From positions 1 to 64,000 of the forward strand of contig MQRK01210222.1 of assembly GCA_001938485.1 (NCBI GenBank): a stretch of DNA of 64,000 nucleotides, in the 5' to 3' direction. The translations under genes and the position numbers were made by a program. Positions 53,464 to 64,000 of the stretch are shown in pieces. The notes under the pieces are model-generated. The model did not search any database and was not told where the DNA came from. It was given only the letters and a program-made list of their open reading frames with translations. Origin of the DNA: Girardia tigrina. Lineage: Eukaryota. Position 1 is the stretch's first letter, and every line of letters begins with the position of its first letter.

Positions 53464-53661
53464 CCGTTAGTGGTCAAATGACCACTAAAGGTTAATATCA
53501 ATATTTTATTTTTTTTACATCAAATAATGGTCAATAGACCATACCATAATGCATAAATTATATTTTTCTTATAAAAATTAGTTGATTGAATTACATTTAT
53601 ATTAAACAAAAATTATTCCGTCTCGATTGCACTTTTAAATTGCACTTTAAACCATTACGGG
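53464..53661. mobile_element. piggyBac-like MITE remnant
   Basis: TTAA-CCGTTAGTGGT ... ACCATTACGGG-TTAA. Confidence 0.45.
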
Positions 53662-53944
53662 TTAATTTCGTTATTTTATTAAAACAGACCTCATTCGTTT
53701 TGATTTCGTCAATAATATTTAATATTTCGGACCAACTTATTATTTGCCTTTATTGACAGTGAAAAACGTAATTTTCTGCTAAAATATATTTTAACTATTT
53801 TTATTCAAAAAATATATTCTACTTCTAAATATTAAATAATACAATCGTTTCGCCTTCTTTTCTTTTGCGATTCCATGACAATTTATTTCTGAGACTCCTG
53901 TTGTACCATTTATACTGTCATTAGATTTATAGTATTATAATACA

Positions 53945-55774
53945 TAAAAAAATTAACGCATACATTTTCCCATTATAACGCATGACCTGGTATTTCAACA
54001 ACTCTCGGGACACGTGCAACTGTAAATATGCGTACTTCAAATTGATAATGCAAAGATTTGTTCAAATTTGACGCCATTTCCTAACTTTCTCGTTATAAAT
54101 ATCACTGGTCGCTGAATGACTGGACACATACTTGTTCAACTCCCGGAAATCCATCACCGGTTTGACTCTGCCTTTACTGTGCTGGAAAACGGAAATTATC
54201 TGAACGACTCCTTCACATTTCTGTTTAAACTCCTATAGCCATCCTTCTCGAATCCATCGGTGAACCTCATCCTCAAACTCTTCCTGGATTTCTAGCTTGA
54301 CAGGATAGACAGGAACATTGTTTTTCAGTGAAAAATATCCACCTCTTTGAACAAATGGTAGTTTACGATCCATCTTTTGCCGTCAAAATAGGCTTCAAAA
54401 TCCTTGTCAACGATCTTTGGATCCGGTCCCATCCGGAGGAAACCATTTACCTCGGTACCATTCTCCCTGACATCACGCGTTACTATACTAACGTTGCATA
54501 TATTCCCCGTCTCAGACAGTCTCTGCTCAACACCAAACACTACGTCTCCATTTTTCTTGATCCAAACACCCCCAAATTTCCTGATTCCATAAAACCCATA
54601 ATTAACTCACACCCTGTCAACTTATCAACAATCAAACAACTCAAAGTTATTGTAGCCCCCCTAACGCTTAAGCTTACCGTGCACGCTTATGTACATTCAA
54701 CCGAGTTTCCGCTCATCAGCATAATACCTGCATTCACGTTGTCCAACTAACATAATCTGACAACATCACGAGCAATGATCGATCGGCTACAACATGAGTC
54801 TACGAACGCCCGCACAGCTACATTATTCACCTCGACAACTAAACACAGTAACTGCGCACTCCAAGACGGAAAACCAGCTGCACATATCTATTTTTCCACC
54901 ATTCGTTTTTTGTGGCCCCGTGCGTCTTTTTGGGCATTGGTCAGCCATATGTGTCTCCTCAACACAAACAAAACAGGCTTGTTTTGGCACCCCACAATGT
55001 CTTGCCACATGTCATAAGTTATTACACTTAATACATCTCCTCTCTACCGGGGAGAAGTCAGAGGTACCATCATCTGCGCCACACCACCAAAATTCGATCG
55101 TTGAGACAGAGCCTGAGGCCGGTTCGACCGAGTCCGCCTCCAACCGTGGTTTGATTACCCTTTATGCGCTGCTCTGACCATGTAGATGTCCGTCTTTATT
55201 ATCGACCGCGCAATAACGATTACCTCCGACAGCTGTAAGTGATCAATTGCGCAAGCCGGTTTTACATATTGTTTAATAGCATCCGGTAGTCCTCATATAA
55301 CAGCGCTTTTTACCTGCTCCTCGCTTGCATTACTGTCAATTAAACGGACTAACCTCTTAACATCGGCGACATAAACGTCCACCGGTTCCCCGTCACTCAT
55401 CCGTATGCAGCATAATTCTTGAAAAGCCGTAACCTTGTCGACGCTGAAGGCGTTCTCCATTGCGCGTTTCTGTTTTCCGTACTCTTGCTTCTCTGCGTCT
55501 GAGAATCCGTCATATACGACGAACACCCCTTTCGTCAAAAATAGCTTCCAACTCGGTCAGCTTCTGCAGTCGTGCCACCAGCTCGAATTTTGAAATCATT
55601 TCGGGAAAATCTCCCATGCCGTCATAATTCCCGATAACGTCGCTCAATTTCACTGACATAGTTTAACCGCGATAGCTTGTGGTTAAAACTGAAAATAACA
55701 ATACGAGAAAATTTTTATTTGCCAAATTACACTCGATTCACCACTCGCGCCAATAATAGTTTATTTAAACAACA
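53945..55774 (-). mobile_element. Gypsy-type LTR retrotransposon, 3'-truncated (gag-pro-RT N-terminus), decayed
   Basis: Gag from ATG 55659 (GEPVDVYVADVKRL), two knuckles CIKCNNL*HVARHC and CFVCVEETHMADQC, protease VDSCCS, RT VKPVMDFRELN and DLKYAYLQL. Confidence 0.88.
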
Positions 55775-56149
55775 ATGTTATTTATCATTAATTTCATCAT
55801 CACAGTCTTGATTGAATTGTCTTTTACAGAAGTAAATAGACAAATATTTAATTGGTCGAATTTGAATTTGGTAGGACGATGATGGACTATACATAATGAT
55901 AACAATTTTAATGATAATTGAATTTCACTCCTGAAATTCGTATTTTATTATTTTGATTTGTATCCTTATATTTATTGATTATTGTGTACAGTGTAACATT
56001 TGGTAGAGTTAATAATTTAATTGTGACGATTTTTTTTTGATATTTTATTTTCATGTATATATTTCCTGAGGTCTAACGAAAGATACTTAATTAGTTAAAA
56101 TTCTAAATGGTTAACTATTGAAAATAGCTGTAAGAGCTAGTCCCTCTCT

Positions 56150-56600
56150 TAGAACTTTCCGTGTAAGATCTTTCTCTCCATGTTTTATGAGGGTGTAAAA
56201 TCGATGGAATCATTGTTAAACAGTGTTCAATTAATGAAATAGATATGTTCTTAAGAAATTCTAGAAACTGTAAATGTTCGATTTCAAGACCCACCAGTAG
56301 ATATAAGACAGGATAAAATTTTATTGAAAGAGATAGTTATTTTAAACACAGAAACTGAACGCTATCACTTTGCCATTGTTGGACGGTGTTTTAAAGTAGA
56401 AGAGAGAGTTAGGCAATCAAAAAAATATATTTAGCCGTGACAATGAAAGATGCTGCAGCAGAGTCTATCAAAAAACTATTTAAAACTATAGTAGATACAA
56501 CTACACAACGATGTCTAAACGATTTCCGAGGACAAGATTATGCTGGCAAAGTTTGAGAGAAAATTCCACAAAAATAATAAATGTGGATTGTCGAACAACT
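56150..56600 (+). mobile_element. Fossil hAT (ZMYM-like) transposase fragment
   Basis: CLNDFRGQDYAG resembles the RGQGYDGA motif. Confidence 0.45.
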
Positions 56601-56837
56601 TTCATTAATTTAAATCATTTTGTATCATTTTAATAAATATATGAATATGGCAATTTTGTGATTTAAATAACTGACTAACTCGTTAGTTGTTCCTTGATGT
56701 GAATTAATGTTGGCCTATTTCCAAAATTTAAGTGAATTATGATAAATAATCAATTTATGAGTAATGTAAGCTCTAACGAATGTATATTAAATAAATCTTT
56801 GTCAATATTGTATTTAATCAATATTATTGATGATTAT

Positions 56838-57337
56838 TGTGAGGAATATTTTAAATTGTTTGAATGTGTAAATGTATTAATGCTATATGTTGATTTAAGT
56901 ATGTTGAACTTAGAATGGTGATTCTCCCACCCAGATGGAAATTGGTATTTTTTTATTAAATTTAAAAGATTGACTATTCGATTGACTATAATTAAGTAAT
57001 TTGATAAGTTCCTATTTTTAATTGCACAATTAAAATTAAGTTTAATAATTTTTAGTAAAATTTAAATTAAATGCATTTTTAATAATTTGATGACATTTTT
57101 ATTATTTTGTGATCTATTGATAAATGGTAAAATTATTATTTTTTAATTAATATTTTTAGAGGTTAAATATTTTAAAATATAACTTAGAAAAATTGTTCGA
57201 ATAATCATGATTAAAAACAGAAATAAGAAAACCAATTAGAACAATGACAAACGATGAAAGACCTTCTGAGAGTTGTAATGACTCTAAATGTAATTGTAAT
57301 AAAAAATCAAATGAGACTTGTCTAAATGTTCTTAATA
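56838..57337 (+). mobile_element. Solo LTR-like repeat (TG...TA)
   Basis: TGTGAGGAATATT...GTTCTTAATA with TSD ATTAT. Confidence 0.78.
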
Positions 57338-59164
57338 ATTATAATATCTCATTTGGATAAAATATTAATTAATACAGTAGGTATTGTCTATATACAATTA
57401 TTGCATATATTTAACTTTTCCTGAAGCATATAGACGAATTTCATATAGTCAATACCTACTATAAAGATATACCTACATGCAAGTTTTTTTGTGGCACCAA
57501 GCGACTTGCATTTAGACAATATCTACTGTATACTGAGAACGCCGAGTTGATTCACCGAATCTTATATCTGTTATTGGTTTTAACGCCCGAAGGCGCTCGA
57601 AAACCGCACTGCTTGCAGATGTAAAGGGTAGGAACACGTCTCATAATAACAATAATGATTTGTGGGATGGTCATGGGATTTAGACCTATAGAAAAGTGTC
57701 ATGAAAACGACTGTGGGTTCAAGCTAATTTAATGTATTTATTATAAATATGACATCAAATGTTGATAATACACCGGTGGCACTTTATCAATAGATTGTAA
57801 ATTATTGTCTATAAATATAGAAAATTACATCCTCATTGACTTAATGTCATTCAGGAATATGGAAAAGTTACAACGAGATCTATATGAATTCGATTCTTTT
57901 AACTACTCATGTTTATTTTCTCAACTTTAACTTTTTTTTCCTAAAATTTTTTATTCGCACAATTTGAAAGAGTTGGTTGACCATAAAATTAAATTTATTT
58001 CAGATAATTTTTGGAAGTTATAATAAATAATAATAAATATAAAACTATTGACAATAATAAACAGTAAAGTATTTTTAAATTCAATGTTATTAAATTTCAA
58101 AAAAATATTTATTAACTAATATATTTAACGTAATAAAATGAAAAAAATATAATTTTGTTTGAATTATTTTTTAAAAAAAGTTACTGAAGATTATTTACCA
58201 GGTAAATATTGGTTTAATTACTTCTTCATATTTAATCTCGTTGATAAAACTTTGATTCATTTTTTTGAGTCTAAAAGAGGAAAAGAATATAAGTAATTTA
58301 ATAAACAAAGTTACATTTATTTATTTTATTATTATTTAAAAAAAACACTTGATAATTTTCAAAAAATAAATTATTTCCAAACGAACAAACAAAAAATAAT
58401 AAAAAAAATAATAATTTTTATTTGAAAAAAATTATTTTAATAAAAATATTTCTCGATATTTATAAATCGATAATGAATTTTCAACAAAAAAATTATTTTC
58501 AGAATTTATATTTAAAATTATTTTATAAATATTTAAAATTTTGTTGAAGATTATTTTCAATAATTTAAACTATTTGTGTTTTAAACATTTCACTGAGAAT
58601 CAATTATTATCGGTTTATTGAAAATAAATATTAATTAATAATTTAATTACGGAATTTACTTTAAATTTAATATACAAAAACATTTTTAAATATAAAAATA
58701 AATATTTATGTATAAACATTTATAAACAGACTTGATTCGAGGCATTTTGAGTGATAAAGCTCAAGTTATACCCTCTCTGGAAGGGGTCCCACAACACCGA
58801 TAAAGTTAACAAAAAGTAATTTTTCAAAATATGAATTACTTTAAAATATAATTTATAGAACAAAAACATTGAAATAGGAAAATTAATATACATATTCAAT
58901 GGCGTAACTTTAAATTCCATAAAATGTAATTTTTCTATATTAGTTACATGCAATTTTTTTAATGCATGTAAAAAATCTCATGATCTATGACATTTGATTT
59001 TTATATAAATATGTAAAGTGAATAAATTTAAATAATACTTGCATTTTTTTTAAAAATATATTTTTAACGAAAATATTTTTGGACATTCATCTAATCTTAT
59101 TCTAAAAAATTTAAACACATAAAAGTTATAAATAATCTTTTAAATTTTAAAGTCATATGTTTTG

Positions 59165-59470
59165 AAAATAAGTTGAAAATATGTTTTGTAATAAATCACC
59201 TACTCCGTTGAGCTTGTGTTCAGACTTTGTTAATCAGTATACGTATAATGGTTGCAATGCCACATACATTAGAGAGACTGTCCGTCGTCTATACAAACCA
59301 TATAAAAACAGGTGATCCAAAGAAACTAATGAATCAACTATTTTTATTTACAATAAAGAACGAACAATATCTGATTAACCTAATCCAACGGATACGTCTT
59401 AGTTGGATTAAATTAATTATCTATCAACAACCAAAAATAAATAGGAATCAGCAAATAAAAAAATATAATA
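59165..59470 (+). mobile_element. Penelope-like GIY-YIG endonuclease fragment
   Basis: FCNKSPTPLSLCSDFVNQYTYNGCNATYIRETVRRLYK ... YQQPKINRNQ (YIGET motif mutated). Confidence 0.75.
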
Positions 59471-59639
59471 ACCTCTGTGGAAAAATAACTTTATTTAACA
59501 TCATAATAAATCTAATAATACAGAGACTCGGTAATTAGATAGATATAATTTAAGTCTGTAATGATTAATTTTTATATTGATTTACAGTCTTTATTCATTT
59601 GTAATAAGATACCTGAAACATTACAATTCCATGAAACTT

Positions 59640-59971
59640 TTAGTTTTTATATTTTAAATTCATCGGAGGTAGTTCCATTAAAATGTTTTAATTCACTACA
59701 ATATTCTCCATTGTTAAATGTTGTTTCGCAATCACACGTAATTTTTTTAATCATATTTTTCCACGCAGTTTCCTCCATTACAAGAAACAAGTTTGCATAT
59801 GTTGATACATTTTTTAAATGATCCCGGAGTTGTCGTACTTAGAGATTCACCATTATGAAAAAGTATCAGAAATGCAACTATTAGAAAAAAGTTTAGTTTG
59901 TGTTTTGGTACGTTTATAAGATTTATAAGCAGATTTATTGTTTTCACCAAAATTTGGAAAAGGATAATCGT

Positions 59972-60010
<39 letters not shown>

Positions 60011-60245
60011 AACATAAGGATATTTTTTGATTTTGTCACTATTACAACTGATTTCGATTTCTTCATTTATTTGAAATTGAAAATTTAATTTCTGATAGAG
60101 ACAATCGTCGTATTTGATATCACAAAAGTTTGTCAAATTTGCAGAGTGTTGTTGTCCTCGAAAATATATATTCATAACTGGATTTTCATCTTCTAATGTT
60201 ACAATGAATTGATTCAGGTTTTTATCGATACTGTAAAACAATAAA
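59640..60245 (-). pseudogene. LamG + EGF fragment, Caspr/neurexin-IV/axotactin-like, frameshifted
   Basis: SCISD..HNGESL..CINICKLVSCNGGNCVEKY / ITCDCETTFNNGEYCSE; interrupted by (TA)n and frameshifts. Confidence 0.65.
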
Positions 60246-62013
60246 CCAGCTAAACGAGTGATATATAGCTAAAGCTAAGATTCTTTGGAAATATATGATT
60301 ATTTGTATTTTCAAATCCATATTTCAAATATTTATGGTGGGAGTATTTATCAAATAAATATTGTGACGATACGATTGTCATATAAACTCTTATTAAAACT
60401 GCAAAATACATTTTTCGAACCCCTAAGTTTATAACTTTATCGATAAATTCACATCAACCTCTTTTGTGAAATAAGATTGATCTTTTTTGTTTAACTTTTG
60501 AAAGTCAGTTTTTTCTTTCTTTTCGTAACGAGATACTTTATTTCAGTTGGATCGTTACCATTGAGTCATAATTTAATAATACTAAACATCGCCTTTGTTT
60601 CTTTTTTTTAAACGTACGAAAAACTTTTTTTTTAAAAAAGTCAAAAACCAAAAAAAATATAATCACCAGCGTATCACACATCCAAACAGGAACAACTATT
60701 TACAAATAGCTCCTAATCAAATAAAGGCTTTGTACAGGCACAAAAGAAAGATAACGTCAAAGACGTTCTAGTCACACGGAATTTGGGTATCACAAACCAG
60801 TTCAAGAAGAGACTTATAGAGGGGGTAAAAATAACATTGCTGAGCATAGGAAAACTTGTTAATGTGATTTGAGTATAAATGATTTCAAAATTCTGTGGAA
60901 GCATTTTTAAAGTTATTGAGAGAGTGTCAAGGGTAGCTTTGTTTTATAAAGTCTTAGAATCCTAAAATCAATGTTCAAAGAAATATTTCATTGTCAACCA
61001 ATTTCTTAAGAGTTTTCGATTAAGTTTATATAAAATATTACATTTCACATATATAAGCAGTAAAAAAGCTAAAAATCAGTCATCTAAATATGACGGTAAA
61101 TCCGTCAAAATATACATTCACAAAAATATTTTTTGCAATGGCGTATCTTGTGTTTTGTATATATTTGCATTTTTTTTAAATATTCAATTTATAGAGAACC
61201 ATGCATTTATTGGCTCAGCGTTTAATTATAAATATATAAAAATTTAAATATTTTGTATTACTGAAAAAAATTTTTAAAATATCATTTAGAAAACATTTAT
61301 ATTATTGAAAAAATATTTTCTCGAATTTCATTTTGTATTTTAATACTTGAAAATAGAAATTTATTTAAAATTTTCCAAAAAAAATTTTAATTAATTTTGG
61401 TCTTGGTAAAGTTTTTTTTGATTTGAAAGTATTTTAGTTATTTAATATTTATCTTATTTAAGCCAAGTATCTCTTAAATGATTTTCAAATTTTATATTTC
61501 TTGTTATTGCGTTTCAATATGACATTGTAATTTCAATTCAGCAATTTTCTACTAAAGGAAATTTAGAAAATTCTAATTTAAATCAAATTCAATGAGCGTT
61601 TATTACTTTTTTGAAAATTAGTAAAACGCAAGAATCCTGGTTTTATGGGATTCAGAATAAATTTCTTCAATCATTTTTTGACTATCAGTAGGATATACAA
61701 ATTTCAAAATGTGTTAAATTATTAATAACCATGCTTGACGTAGCTTTGCGTTTTAAATTTATAAAATAGGGGTATTCAAAAAAATTTTCATATTAGAAAA
61801 TTCTTCATTACTAAAATTTCGTTACCATTTTTATGTATAACCAATAAAATTTTATTATTTATAAAAAATATTAAAATTATTCACATATTATATGCATTTA
61901 AAATATTTTTTATTTGTTTAATAAATGATCTTAAAGTGCATTTTTGAAGAAAAATAAAAACCTTTTTTTAAATAAAAATAAGACAAAAAAATAATAAAAG
62001 TTGTAAATTTCAA

Positions 62014-62250
62014 ATGGTACATAAACGTAAAGTCATAACCGATGAATTTAAATTTAGAGTAGTCAAAAATGCTGAAGACAATTGCAATGGAAGTACTTGT
62101 CGTGAATATTTAGTGAATGAAAGTATTTTCAGAGACCAGAGAAAGAATATCCTTGTTAAATTGAAATCCCACAATGATTTTTTATAAGATACATAATTTG
62201 GATCATTCTTTGTAAAATCGACAGTTGATCCTTTAATCGTTGACATCGAC
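62014..62250 (+). mobile_element. pogo/Tc2 transposase N-terminal Brinker-like DBD fragment
   Basis: MVHKRKVITDEFKFRVVKNAEDNCNGSTCREYLVNESIFRDQRK. Confidence 0.65.
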
Positions 62251-62594
62251 GAGAATAGATTAATAATTTTTATCCAAATATCAGCACCTATTCGACATAT
62301 AAAAGACATTTATAAAATATCAATCATTCATTTTTGTTGGTTAAAATTAAAATAAATTTTAATTATTTAAGAATATTAACTGTATTTAATTGTTAAACGT
62401 TTAAAATCCAATTAATCAAAATTTTAGAACGATTTAAAATTAAATATACACTTTAACACTCATTCTTAAATGAAATAAATTAGTCTTACATAAAAAGAAT
62501 TACAATATTAATCATCCATTTGGTAGGACAGGCAATTCTAAATCAACATACAACATTCAAACACAACGAACATTCAAATATTCAACATAATCTC

Positions 62595-63052
62595 TGTTAA
62601 GAGAACTCACACATTTGACAGAACATTTATTACATTCACATTTCTTATCATCTTTATGATGATTATTGCTTTCACTTAGATCCATCAATCAATTTTCAAT
62701 AGCTCCCATCATAATCTGAATTATACTTGAGAAGATTATTTTATTTAAAAATATTTAATTTAAATTTTATTGGCTGAAATGAAATATTTTTGTAGTCATT
62801 TTTAAACAATAATTTGATTTTAATTATTTAAAAAATTACAAAAATAAAATCAATAAACTTATTTAAAAGTTGCAATAATAAAAATTAAAAATTTGAATAT
62901 TAAATCTAAATTTAAATAAATTAGTTTCAGATTATAAGAAATTAAATATTGATAATCCATCTGGTTAGGAGAGGCACAATCCCAAATCAACACACACCAT
63001 TTAAACATGCAAACACTACACATAAACATCCACACACCAAATATTACTCACA
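62595..63052 (-). mobile_element. Solo LTR (TG...CA) with perfect TSD
   Basis: ATCTC on both sides; duplicate of 50806-51271. Confidence 0.85.
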
Positions 63053-63113
63053 ATCTCAATTGTGAATCAATGATAAAAACGTGTGCGGAAAATAAGTCTT
63101 CCAAATTGGCTAT

Positions 63114-63472
63114 TGTGAGGAATATTCGGAATGTTTAACGATTAATATTTTAATTCTGAAAATATATTTGTTTAAATTTATTTCTAATTAAAAATAATTG
63201 TAAAATTTTAAATACGTTTATAATTTTATTTATAATTTTTAAATAAATAAATTAAATTAATATTTTTCAAAAATTAATAATCATTTTAAGTTTTAACAAA
63301 TAAAATTTGGAATAATTATTTTAACAATTTATGTAATTCTCCATTTGCATTGATAATAAGATTATAGTCATTAAGTAATTAGAAGGATATAATCTTACGA
63401 ATGTTTTGAAAAGATTGTCCTGAGGACAATCAAACTTATAATATTAATAAAGTCAAATTGGTGTTCTTAATA
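63114..63472 (+). mobile_element. Solo LTR-like repeat, internally deleted
   Basis: TGTGAGGAATATT...AATAAAGTCAAATTGGTGTTCTTAATA; matches 21653-22091. Confidence 0.7.
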
Positions 63473-64000
63473 AGAATTAGAATCTTAATTAGAACCAGAA
63501 TTTAAACAGTGAATTATAACCACTCTTGAAAAGCGAAAAATGTTATTTCTGAAAGTCAAAATATACGATATAACATATTTATGTAATAAAATAAAATATT
63601 TGAAATCATATCGAATAAAATTTCGCAATGTTATGGCTAGGTTACTTTCAGACCATCAATGAAAAAAATAAATAAATCAACACTTTATTTCATGGATATT
63701 TTATTATACATATTAAAAAATATAAAATATAATTTCTTGGTTTGTTAAACAAAAAATATATTATTTATATTCATATCAAATATCATGTAATGTAATTTAT
63801 TTTAATTTTACAAATGTTTTCGTGTTACGTTGATAAATACGTTTGTTTACCAAAAATTACTTAAAATAATATGAATATAAACAACTGTTTTCAAAAAATA
63901 TTTACTCTTTTGTTTAAATAAACAGAAAATTAATTATTTCAATAAAGTTTCCTTTCTTTAAATATTTATACTAAAGAAATAAAAACAAGAAGATAATTTT

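Noticed and set aside
54700-54725. CTGATGA-GCG-GAAAC hammerhead-like match on minus strand
   Set aside because: No stem II possible; lies within Gypsy protease coding sequence
54328-55177. Plus-strand ORFs of 80-140 aa
   Set aside because: Antisense shadows of Gypsy gag-pol
50806-63052. Direct LTR pair as one 12-kb full-length element
   Set aside because: The second copy has its own TSD (solo LTR), the outer flanks do not match, and the interior is a mix of unrelated TEs

Overview
AT-rich eukaryotic (metazoan) draft-assembly DNA with N gaps. Composition, a ~43-nt intron and the mariner content suggest a planarian-like invertebrate (inference). The window is mostly a transposon graveyard: about eight mariner (DD34D) copies from several subfamilies, several pogo/Tc2-like elements and MITEs, non-autonomous Helitron and Helentron-like repeats, an RTE LINE, a truncated Gypsy element, and Penelope remnants including a minimal hammerhead ribozyme. 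It also holds a family of TG-starting solo-LTR-like repeats with 5-bp TSDs and a shared CTCCTACCCAGATGG motif. Host-derived sequence is limited to the likely last three exons of a + strand gene (about 11-kb intron, C-terminus ...SSFV), a frameshifted Spen-like RRM fragment and a decayed LamG-EGF (Caspr/neurexin-IV-like) fragment. No rRNA, tRNA or CRISPR was found, and no intact transposase. All family assignments come from motif recognition, not database searches.
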